DNA of 64,000 bases. Source: an uncultured virus (IMG/VR IMGVR_UViG_3300020180_000011) (taxonomy: Duplodnaviria; Heunggongvirae; Uroviricota; Caudoviricetes). The notes under the pieces were generated by a model. That model was not told where the DNA came from. It saw only the letters and a program-made list of their open reading frames with translations, and ran no database searches. How positions within the stretch are numbered: position 1 is the stretch's first letter; each line of letters begins with the position of its first letter. Both the position numbers and the translations under genes were made by a program. The stretch lies in IMG/VR virus record IMGVR_UViG_3300020180_000011, one strand, 5' to 3'. Below, piece by piece: positions 57,152 to 64,000 of the stretch.

Positions 57152-57551
57152 ACTCGAATAACGTTAGCTCTAATTGCTGTACTTTGGTTTCGTATTCATT
57201 GAGCAGAGCGTATAGCAATTCTTGGTCTTCTAATTGCTTTTCAGCCTGAGCCAATCTGCCGTATAGGTCACTTGCAGTTCCGCACAGCTCGTTTATAGTT
57301 CCGCTTAAGGTGTAAGACTCCTCTCTGTGGCAACGTAAGAAACTTTTACAAGTATCTAGTTTCTCTTCTAATTTCTCTACGTACAAATCGTTGTCTGCTA
57401 AAGCGTCCTTTGATTTCTTTAGCTCAGTAAGTAAGTCATTAATTTCTTCAGACAGCTCTTCTTTGTCGTACTCTCTAGATTGCTTTTCCCAGCTTAAATC
57501 CATCTCTAGACCTCTAATCTTTTCTTCTAAGTAGCCTGTATTATCTGACAT
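57117..57551 (-). CDS. Coiled-coil protein
   Basis: Heptad-rich acidic sequence; RBS AAGGAG. Confidence 0.65.
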   Translation of the reverse strand: MSDNTGYLEEKIRGLEMDLSWEKQSREYDKEELSEEINDLLTELKKSKDALADNDLYVEKLEEKLDTCKSFLRCHREESYTLSGTINELCGTASDLYGRLAQAEKQLEDQELLYALLNEYETKVQQLELTLFEYDFNGYRTSAS

Positions 57552-57570
57552 GAGGTGCTCCTTACTTAAT

Positions 57571-57939
57571 TTATTTGTTGGCTAGTAAATCAAATAGAAT
57601 GTCTACCTGCTTCTGTAGCCTGTCATAAAAAGCTACTTGGTGCTGGTAAGTAATTTGAAGTTGCTCAAAAGAAAACTTGTACCTGTCTAAATCTTCTTGA
57701 CAGCTCCGCAACAATCCCTGGGTACTCCACACGTCCGCCTTAAACTCAGCCTCTTTCATAAAATTAAAATCTACTTTATTTTCTAGCTCCTCAATAATGC
57801 CTGCTGTGGTGTTTGAAGTATACGTATGAGATTTAATTTCTAAGTCTAGCTTGTTACGTAGGTCTTTATTGATATCAGTCTGTCGCGCCAGTGCTTTTTC
57901 TAGCTGATATACGTACATTTGAATATTAGGGTCAGGCAT
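57571..57939 (-). CDS. Coiled-coil protein (paralog of the next gene)
   Basis: AGIIEELENKV...GLLRSC...LFDLLA. Confidence 0.65.
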   Translation of the reverse strand: MPDPNIQMYVYQLEKALARQTDINKDLRNKLDLEIKSHTYTSNTTAGIIEELENKVDFNFMKEAEFKADVWSTQGLLRSCQEDLDRYKFSFEQLQITYQHQVAFYDRLQKQVDILFDLLANK

Positions 57940-57969
57940 ACATATGGGAAGCTCCTAAGTGGTTTAGTA

Positions 57970-58530
57970 CTACTTAATTTGACTAGCCATTAAATCAAAC
58001 ACGGTATAGAATCTTTTCTCTAGTTCAGCGTACTTAATAACTAGATTTTCCTTCTCAGTTTTCACTCGCTCAAAACAAGTCTTGTAGCTAGTTAACTCCT
58101 GTTTACAGACATTCAATAGTCCCTCAGCACTTAATACTTTGTTTTCTAGCTCATCAATAATTTCTGCTTGAGTGTTTACTGAGTATTGCTGCGCGTAGTA
58201 GTCCCCCTCTTCTTTGCTGTCTGCGATAGCAGATAGTCTGGTGATAATGTTTTCTGATTTACGTAGCTTATGCTCTAGCTTCTCAATATTATCGTCTAGT
58301 GTTTTTTGAGTATCAAGTAGACCTCTATTACACACCCGCGCCTCCTCTAACTCAAAATCAAGCTCATTGTTAGTAGTATTTAGTGACCTTACATCTGCCT
58401 CTAATTCTTCAATGCAAATATCTTTGTCGTCTAACTCGTGTCTCAGACTGTGTACGGTATCGTTAAGCACTGACACTTGCGATTCTAAATCTTCGATATA
58501 ACTTGCAGTCTCAAAATTAGATGTAGACAT
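57970..58530 (-). CDS. Coiled-coil protein
   Basis: AEIIDELENKV...GLLNVC...VFDLMA; GGAG before MSTSNF. Confidence 0.65.
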   Translation of the reverse strand: MSTSNFETASYIEDLESQVSVLNDTVHSLRHELDDKDICIEELEADVRSLNTTNNELDFELEEARVCNRGLLDTQKTLDDNIEKLEHKLRKSENIITRLSAIADSKEEGDYYAQQYSVNTQAEIIDELENKVLSAEGLLNVCKQELTSYKTCFERVKTEKENLVIKYAELEKRFYTVFDLMASQIK

Positions 58531-58756
58531 AAGGACTCTCCACAATAGCTCTCATTTTGTCAGACAATGGCGGGTACATAGGCAAGACGCCTAAAGAATA
58601 AATGGCCTTATAGCAAGTGTTAATCACTAAAGATTGCTCAGCTAGCTGTTTCGTCAGTTCGTCAATCTGGTCTTGCAAAGCATCTACTCGTCTGGTAGTT
58701 GACCACTCTAAATCATCTAAACCCTCTTCCATCCAATCAAAATCTTGTTGTTCCAC
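58517..58756 (-). CDS. Small hypothetical protein
   Basis: RBS GAGGA before GTG. Confidence 0.55.
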   Translation of the reverse strand: MEQQDFDWMEEGLDDLEWSTTRRVDALQDQIDELTKQLAEQSLVINTCYKAIYSLGVLPMYPPLSDKMRAIVESPYVYI

Positions 58757-58766
58757 AATATTCCTC

Positions 58767-58940
58767 TTAAAGTCTGAACTTCTTATCCGGACTAGAATTA
58801 ATTCTATGTCCTTCCGGTGTCTGAGTTTTGCGCAAATCTAACTGCTTCCGTAGGTAGTCTTCGTGTTCCTGTTTGATATTCCTAGAATACTTAGACTTCT
58901 TACCAAACAGACCCTTTAGAAAAGATAGTAGTTTGTTCAT
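58767..58940 (-). CDS. Small basic protein with amphipathic N-terminus (57 aa)
   Basis: MNKLLSFLKGLFGKK...; RBS AGGA; not in the ORF track. Confidence 0.55.
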   Translation of the reverse strand: MNKLLSFLKGLFGKKSKYSRNIKQEHEDYLRKQLDLRKTQTPEGHRINSSPDKKFRL

Positions 58941-58953
58941 GATTGTGTCCTAC

Positions 58954-58983
58954 AAATAAAGGCAGAGTTTTTATGCTCTGCCC
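58954..58983 (-). terminator. Terminator-like hairpin after ssb
   Basis: GGCAGAG-N8-CTCTGCC-TTTATTT on the - strand. Confidence 0.65.
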
Positions 58984-59015
58984 TAAAACTCACTCAGTAA
59001 CTTACTCACCCAACT

Positions 59016-59462
59016 TTAAAACAGGACTTCATCATCCTCTAGCGCATTCCAGTCAGGAATAGCAGGAGCAGCAGATGCCTTACGAGAAGATGCTGCAGGT
59101 GTCTTTGTAGCCTTAGCTGCGCTTGCATTCTCTTCGTACACCATGTCTTCTTCAATGTTGAAAGAATGTACTTGATGCAGAGTCAAGTTAGCTGTAAGGC
59201 CCTTCTTGCCCTCGTATACGTTAACATCCCCTAGCTGTCCTGCAAAAGAAACACGATTACCTACCTCTAGCTTAGGCTCTAGATATTCTGCGGTCTTGTC
59301 CCATACTAGAATGCTAAACAACAGAGATGGCGCATACTCGTCACCATCACGCTTTTTCTGTCCTGAGCGAACATTGACCGTAACTTCTAGGACTGCTTTC
59401 TCAGTTTTGAAGCTAGGCTTACGGATTGCAATCACTTTACCTGTAGCTGCGTATACTTGCAT
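59016..59462 (-). CDS. ssb: Single-stranded DNA-binding protein
   Basis: OB fold VWDKTAEYL...VGNRVSFAGQL; acidic tail EDDEVLF. Confidence 0.85.
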   Translation of the reverse strand: MQVYAATGKVIAIRKPSFKTEKAVLEVTVNVRSGQKKRDGDEYAPSLLFSILVWDKTAEYLEPKLEVGNRVSFAGQLGDVNVYEGKKGLTANLTLHQVHSFNIEEDMVYEENASAAKATKTPAASSRKASAAPAIPDWNALEDDEVLF

Positions 59463-59509
59463 AGATTCCTTGTTAATTTGGGTGTGAAACTTTTGAACGT
59501 AACTCTGTC

Positions 59510-60649
59510 TTACTCTGCACGAGGTCTACGACGCTTAGGTGTAGGTGCCTCTTCAGTAATACTCTCTTCGATATCCTCAATCTTTAAGGGCTGTCCTGCG
59601 CTTTCCTCTTCTGGAATGTACGCTACCGCATCTACTACATACTCAGGAACTAATACTTCTTCTACTTCATGAGAGCCTGGTGGGTAGTCTTGTGGTTGTA
59701 TTGTAAGAGAGGATAGCAGTTCCTTAACATCTAAAGATGGCTTATCGGCTAAAGCATCTTTTACTCCCTTACCTAGACTGGTTAGCTCCTCCTCAGTAAT
59801 CAGGGACTCATTGAAGTTAGGATAGGTAGATACTGCCTGCTTTTCTTTATCGCTCAATGGATATACCTTACCAGTTCCCTCATACTTAGTCAAGAGCTCC
59901 TTGATTTTAGTCACCAACTTAAACTTACGAGATACTGCAGCAACCACAGGAGCTACAGGCTCTTCTACTACAGGGTCAGTTAAGTCATCTCCTGTCCATA
60001 GCTTAAGACCAATGCCTGTAACTAGAGCAATTACTTTAGTCATAGCTCGGTAAAAAGCTTTGTTGATGGTAGCAGTGTTAAGAACTACCAATGCTTCAGG
60101 GTCTGTAGCAGTATTGAAAGTTTTAACCTCCTGTTTGTTTGTGGTGTAATTCTTAGACATAACTACCTCACCAGGCATCACAGGCCCCATAGACGTAGTT
60201 AGCACTGCAAAGTAGAAGATACTCGATACCCGCACTCCATCGTGAATATAAGGCTTGATGTAGAATCCTCGTCCATCTGCCTCTTCCCATACGTACGAGC
60301 CGTTGACAGGGTTTACCATGCACTCTACGTTAAGTTCTGGAAACAGTGTCTTAAAGATACGGAAAGCATGGGTGTAGCTCAGGTATTTAACTTGAGTCTT
60401 ACCGCCTGGGCGACTATCTACTAGCTGTTCAATAGGATAGTTGTATCCCTGGTCAAATCGTTCTGGTGAAATAACTAAAGGAAGCGCTAACTTAGGTACG
60501 TTAGAAAACATAGTAGGTTGAGTATCCATAGCTAATCCTGTAATGTAGTTTGGGTCAGATAGGTGGCTTGTGGTCATAAAATCTGAGTCACTTGTCGGGT
60601 AGTCTGGCATAAATTTAGAGAAGATATCAGGGTCAACTTTTACTGCCAT
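59510..60649 (-). CDS. Sak-like (DUF1071/Rad52-like) single-strand annealing protein
   Basis: KYLSYTHA, INKAFYRAMTKVIA..GIGLKLW; adjacent to ssb. Confidence 0.75.
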   Translation of the reverse strand: MAVKVDPDIFSKFMPDYPTSDSDFMTTSHLSDPNYITGLAMDTQPTMFSNVPKLALPLVISPERFDQGYNYPIEQLVDSRPGGKTQVKYLSYTHAFRIFKTLFPELNVECMVNPVNGSYVWEEADGRGFYIKPYIHDGVRVSSIFYFAVLTTSMGPVMPGEVVMSKNYTTNKQEVKTFNTATDPEALVVLNTATINKAFYRAMTKVIALVTGIGLKLWTGDDLTDPVVEEPVAPVVAAVSRKFKLVTKIKELLTKYEGTGKVYPLSDKEKQAVSTYPNFNESLITEEELTSLGKGVKDALADKPSLDVKELLSSLTIQPQDYPPGSHEVEEVLVPEYVVDAVAYIPEEESAGQPLKIEDIEESITEEAPTPKRRRPRAE

Positions 60650-60825
60650 TAGTCTGCGTTCCAGGCGTCTTCGTACTTGATGATTGTCCTACAAAGGGCA
60701 ATTAACTTATCTTTAGCTTCCGCCTCATATTGACTTAAATCGTCCATGTCATCTTCGTTCATAGCGTCAAAGCAATCTCTCAAGTCTCTAAGAGTATTCT
60801 CAAACCTGCAGTAACTCATGTTCAT
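60649..60825 (-). CDS. Conserved small phage protein (MSYCRFENT type, 58 aa)
   Basis: MNMSYCRFENTLRDLRDC; TAATG coupling to the Sak-like gene; not in the ORF track. Confidence 0.7.
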   Translation of the reverse strand: MNMSYCRFENTLRDLRDCFDAMNEDDMDDLSQYEAEAKDKLIALCRTIIKYEDAWNAD

Positions 60826-60848
60826 ACTTAAAACTGAGTATAGAGCTG

Positions 60849-60891
60849 AAAAAGCCTAGAGCATCGGTTGTCCGGTGTTTATGCTCTAGGC
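60849..60891 (-). terminator. Terminator-like hairpin shortly after the promoter
   Basis: GCCTAGAGCAT-N16-ATGCTCTAGGC-TTTTT on the - strand. Confidence 0.65.
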
Positions 60892-60907
60892 AAGATGAAA
60901 CAAGAAT

Positions 60908-60954
60908 CCTCTAACACTGATATTACTATACCACTGTTATAGGTTAACTGTCAA
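60908..60954 (-). promoter_or_regulatory. Sigma70-like promoter overlapping a 16-bp imperfect inverted repeat
   Basis: TTGACA(60954-60949)-18 nt ending TGG-TATAGT(60930-60925); inverted repeat 60908-60943. Confidence 0.7.
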
Positions 60955-60955
60955 A

Positions 60956-61312
60956 CTAAAAAGGAGGGATGTCATCCGGTTTAATTAGTGCATTCTCAAA
61001 CACATACCGGATATCTGGGTCTTCTGAAAGGTCGTAAGAGCCTTGAACTTTGTACATGAAAGATAAAGGGTCTGCAATCAGTACTCTATCTACCGTGTAA
61101 AGCACAGAAGAATATACGGGGTAAGGATTATTAGTGCCTGTACCCTCCACAGATTCCAGAACTCGTACCTCCTCACCAACTTTAAACAAAGGAGAAAAGT
61201 CTGCCTCTTGTTTGATAAAGTACAAGACATACTTAAAAGTCAAGTGATTACTAAGACCGTAGCCACTTTTTACTACTTTGGATACAAAACTTGTTGAATC
61301 AGTGTCGGACAT
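60956..61312 (-). CDS. Small SH3/KOW-like protein
   Basis: PLFKVGEEVRV. Confidence 0.6.
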   Translation of the reverse strand: MSDTDSTSFVSKVVKSGYGLSNHLTFKYVLYFIKQEADFSPLFKVGEEVRVLESVEGTGTNNPYPVYSSVLYTVDRVLIADPLSFMYKVQGSYDLSEDPDIRYVFENALIKPDDIPPF

Positions 61313-61349
61313 TAGGGTATTTACCTAGGATAATTTGTACGCAAGAACA

Positions 61350-61547
61350 TCAATCTTCATCAATACCAAAATATTGATTACCATAATACTCAATGTCCTC
61401 CTTGGAAAACGTAGCGTAATGACTCATGACCTCTACAAACTTAACTTGTAGCTCTTCTCGGGTCAGCTTGTGCTCAGTCATAATCTCGATAGTAGTAATG
61501 ATGCCTTCCACTTTACCTGTTCGATAAAAACTTAGTTCTCTAGACAT
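61350..61547 (-). CDS. Small hypothetical protein
   Basis: RBS AGGAG. Confidence 0.55.
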   Translation of the reverse strand: MSRELSFYRTGKVEGIITTIEIMTEHKLTREELQVKFVEVMSHYATFSKEDIEYYGNQYFGIDED

Positions 61548-61734
61548 TGTTAGTCTCCTGTGGTTTTGTTAAACTAGTTCCGTTTGCTCTTACTATAGCG
61601 GTCAACCAATCCTCAAAAGAGGTGCAAATGACCAGTGGGGGTAGTTGGGACTTTTGCCATCCTTGGTACATGACAAGTGCAATAGCTGCCATGTCTCCAG
61701 AACCTATCGTGATTTCCTGTAAAGTTTCGTCCAT
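61540..61734 (-). CDS. Small hypothetical protein
   Basis: Packed ORF. Confidence 0.5.
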   Translation of the reverse strand: MDETLQEITIGSGDMAAIALVMYQGWQKSQLPPLVICTSFEDWLTAIVRANGTSLTKPQETNNV

Positions 61735-61736
61735 GA

Positions 61737-61991
61737 TTATCCGTTTAGACCTCTATACAGCGCTAACGTATCTTCGGTGTAATAATCTAGCCAACCAGTA
61801 GCCAAACCTTTTACTTCATAAATAAACTTACATTCCTTAGACGTAAGTAGTATATCTGTTATCTCTACTTTTACGTCATAGCCGGGCTCTGTGTACTTAT
61901 TGCGTAAATCAAAGGCATCTCCAATACTAAACTTAGGTGCAATCTGATATTGTTCTAGAAAGTCTAGTACTTCACTGAATGTTAGATTCAT
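61737..61991 (-). CDS. Small SH3/KOW-like protein
   Basis: PKFSIGD; N-terminus similar to the 60956 gene. Confidence 0.6.
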   Translation of the reverse strand: MNLTFSEVLDFLEQYQIAPKFSIGDAFDLRNKYTEPGYDVKVEITDILLTSKECKFIYEVKGLATGWLDYYTEDTLALYRGLNG

Positions 61992-61996
61992 GATAG

Positions 61997-62413
61997 TTAA
62001 TCTTTAGGGGTACTATAGCTAATGAACACTGTCTCATCGTGACCGACACCGCATAATCTACCTGTACCCTCATTTACCCTTAGGTCGTAGCAAACTATAT
62101 CAGACCTAGTATACAAATCTGAGCGCAAGTAGCTACTTATTACTGTAAATTCTATATCTGCAAAATAGGGCGAACCCTTTACTTTAGTACCGAGTAAATG
62201 AGAGACATGTATACCAGACTTACTAGCTAGCTCATCTGGCACTAAAGTTGCTGCTATAGAGATATCAATGCTCTTTTGTTTGGTGTCTGTCTTTTGTATA
62301 CTAGTATCGTACTCAGAAATTAGATAGTAGTCTTTACTTATTTGTACTACTTTGTAAGTCTTAGAGTTTGCTAGCCAGGTAACTATCTCACCTAGCGAGA
62401 ATTGTTTGTACAT
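61997..62413 (-). CDS. Small SH3/KOW-like protein
   Basis: QFSLGEIVTW. Confidence 0.55.
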   Translation of the reverse strand: MYKQFSLGEIVTWLANSKTYKVVQISKDYYLISEYDTSIQKTDTKQKSIDISIAATLVPDELASKSGIHVSHLLGTKVKGSPYFADIEFTVISSYLRSDLYTRSDIVCYDLRVNEGTGRLCGVGHDETVFISYSTPKD

Positions 62414-62504
62414 GATAGAACCTAGACGAGTGTTGCTTCGCAGTTAATTTATCTATGTATCACTAGCGCTCCGTTTCAGACTGTGCTAGATGCCTGCTTA
62501 TGGC

Positions 62505-62533
62505 AGTTTAAGGCGAATCCGGTGTCTTGTCAA
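62505..62533 (-). promoter_or_regulatory. Sigma70-like promoter
   Basis: TTGACA(62533-62528)-17 nt-TAAACT(62510-62505). Confidence 0.6.
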
Positions 62534-62729
62534 GTGCCGTGTTATACCGTTTGTAAAATAATCCTAAAGATACGTCATTTTCATATCGAATAGAAAGCTC
62601 ATCTAAGGGACTAAGCTCGGTAGAAAACAGTTTGTACAATGCATGACCATCCATATCGGTGTAGACATTGATTATTTTGTAGACTACACCAAAAATCTGA
62701 AACTCTTGACCTATCTTAAAAGCAGGCAT
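62508..62729 (-). CDS. Small SH3/KOW-like protein
   Basis: MPAFKIGQEF; RBS GGAGG. Confidence 0.6.
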   Translation of the reverse strand: MPAFKIGQEFQIFGVVYKIINVYTDMDGHALYKLFSTELSPLDELSIRYENDVSLGLFYKRYNTALDKTPDSP

Positions 62730-62731
62730 AT

Positions 62732-62911
62732 CTAATCCTCCAAATACTCTACTGAACCTACGGTATTGCCGTTATAATCTTTTAACTTAGTAGGCTTATA
62801 TCCCTGTCCAATGTCTTTAGCAAGACAACGTAAAATCCTAGCTACCTCACTATCTAAGTCATCTTCATAAAAAGCTTCATTGTTGGTGTTAATACTTACA
62901 TCTATCCGCAT
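62732..62911 (-). CDS. Conserved small phage protein (59 aa)
   Basis: INTNNEAF...EVARIL...KDYNGNTVG; not in the ORF track. Confidence 0.65.
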   Translation of the reverse strand: MRIDVSINTNNEAFYEDDLDSEVARILRCLAKDIGQGYKPTKLKDYNGNTVGSVEYLED

Positions 62912-62925
62912 GTTTTCTACCGTGG

Positions 62926-63171
62926 TTACTCCTGTATTGGTGAACGCATGTTTCTATACTGCTGCATCTCTTTAGCCCATTTAACACCTAAAGCGTACGG
63001 TACAAAACTAATAGGTTTATCGTCATAGTTTGTAGGGACACATCGAAACTTAGCCATTCCACCAAGCTCTAGCTCATCATGGGAACTGATAATATTCTGA
63101 ATATTTCTTTTATGCCTAATTTGTCTATACCCGTGTATCCACTTCAAGTTTTTTCTAGTAGAGCGAGACAT
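62926..63171 (-). CDS. Small basic protein
   Basis: MSRSTRK...PTNYDD; RBS AGGA. Confidence 0.6.
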   Translation of the reverse strand: MSRSTRKNLKWIHGYRQIRHKRNIQNIISSHDELELGGMAKFRCVPTNYDDKPISFVPYALGVKWAKEMQQYRNMRSPIQE

Positions 63172-63266
63172 GGCTTCCTGTGAATTACTTAGTTAACTTA
63201 AGCTTAACTAACGCCAACGGGCTCTATGTTAATATGTAGATAGAATTTTTAACTATAAACTTAGAG

Positions 63267-64000
63267 ATGACTGCATTAGCTAAACTCAATGATTATCTAG
63301 CTTTAATTGATACTCAGATAGTAGCAACTGAGGATATCTCTAAGTTAGAGTACTTAGTGGCGCATAGGGCCAATGTCCAGAGCGCTATCGCTGCACCTAC
63401 TCCTGTAACTATTGCTGGAGGAGTAAGTATTGACCTGTCTGTAGTATCAGAGGAAATTCAGCAAGCTACTAACCTACAAAATGTAGGAACTAATTTAGGT
63501 AATATATCCACTAACACTACAGGACTTATTGATGCAGTCACTTCTGCCAAAGGAGCAGGAGTAACAAACGCTACTACACTGCGTACCGTACTAGCTGATA
63601 ACACTTTTTTGTATACTCTGCTAGGTGAGCTAGCTGATGCTGCAAGTGTCACTGGAAGTCATAACGCTAAACTACGATTTATTGGTGAGCGACTAGCTGC
63701 TATCCTTGCTACTCCGTTACCTGTAGCCTCTGTAAGCGATAGTAATCTACTAAATGCGCTATCTGGCATCAATACTCAAACCCAGGCTGTAAAGACTGCG
63801 GTAGATGCCACTGTAAGACCCATTCCTTTAACGTACCGAGCACTGGGAACTGCGGTTACTGCGACTATCAAATCAGGAAGTACTCAACTACATGCTCTGT
63901 CAGCTACTAACCTAGCTACAGCAACTAGATACTTGATGCTATTTAATTCAACTGGAAGTACTAGTACTCCTGTAATGTCGTATCCTGTGTTTGGTAATAA
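63267..64000 (+). CDS. Probable virion structural protein (3' partial)
   Basis: Open from ATG 63267 to the window end (MTALAKLNDYL...IKSGSTQLHALSATNLATATRYLMLFN); divergent from the early block. Confidence 0.7.
   Translation, partial: MTALAKLNDYLALIDTQIVATEDISKLEYLVAHRANVQSAIAAPTPVTIAGGVSIDLSVVSEEIQQATNLQNVGTNLGNISTNTTGLIDAVTSAKGAGVTNATTLRTVLADNTFLYTLLGELADAASVTGSHNAKLRFIGERLAAILATPLPVASVSDSNLLNALSGINTQTQAVKTAVDATVRPIPLTYRALGTAVTATIKSGSTQLHALSATNLATATRYLMLFNSTGSTSTPVMSYPVFGN

Larger units (their letters stand above)
1..64000. mobile_element. Segment of a large tailed phage genome (siphovirus-like, probable cyanophage)
   Basis: Capsid, portal, tape measure, tail, polA, primase, helicase, RNR and SSB genes in dense co-oriented blocks; no host housekeeping operons. 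Confidence 0.95.

Noticed and set aside
60893..60954. GAAACAAGAATCC...TGTCAA looked like an IS605 right end
   Set aside because: No typical terminal hairpin or transposase; better explained as a - strand promoter
47400..61801. + strand ORFs inside nrdA, polA, helicase, primase, ssb and the Sak-like gene
   Set aside because: Antisense shadows with no RBS or motifs (50264-50557 excepted)
62414..62516. Twister ribozyme or glutamine riboswitch resemblance (CGCCTTAAACTGCCA; CGAAGCAAC)
   Set aside because: Required core motifs and pairing partners are missing; kept only as an unnamed structured leader
63458..63652. - strand 64-aa ORF in the ORF track
   Set aside because: Antisense to a longer + strand frame open from 63267 to the window end
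1..64000. CRISPR array, tRNA or rRNA genes
   Set aside because: No regularly spaced repeats or cloverleaf/T-loop patterns seen in the few intergenic gaps
1..64000. Alternative genetic code (TAG reassignment) suggested by abundant CTAG
   Set aside because: Long genes are intact and tightly packed under the standard code, and TAG is used as a normal stop

Overview
The whole window is part of a large, AT-rich tailed phage genome. It looks siphovirus-like (2101-aa tape measure, no recognisable sheath) and most probably infects a cyanobacterium, judging from a cyanobacterial-type type IV pilin, a cyanophage-type class I RNR and a cyanobacterial-like ARVCQY protein. The + strand from 1 to about 41 kb carries scaffold, head decoration, major capsid, neck/tail genes, a frameshifted tail chaperone pair, tape measure, large LamG/Ig/FN3 tail proteins, portal and RuvC. 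The - strand from about 41 to 63 kb is an early/replication block: pilin, M15 peptidase, RNR beta and intein-containing alpha, dNMP kinase, family A polymerase (Leu762 type), SF4-like helicase, primase, exonuclease, SLOG/YspA, SSB, Sak-like annealase and many small ORFs, driven by TTGACA sigma70-like promoters. The most striking unexplained signal is a dispersed family of about 10 small basic proteins, many with Gly-rich hydrophobic segments. With the scaffold and capsid protein they share a recurring [AV]-x-F-[SGA] motif, often preceded by Y/F/M-S, located exactly at module boundaries. This suggests a protease-processed polyprotein/internal-head cargo system. No tRNA, rRNA, CRISPR array, integrase or terminase was recognised. 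All calls come from reading motifs; no searches were run.
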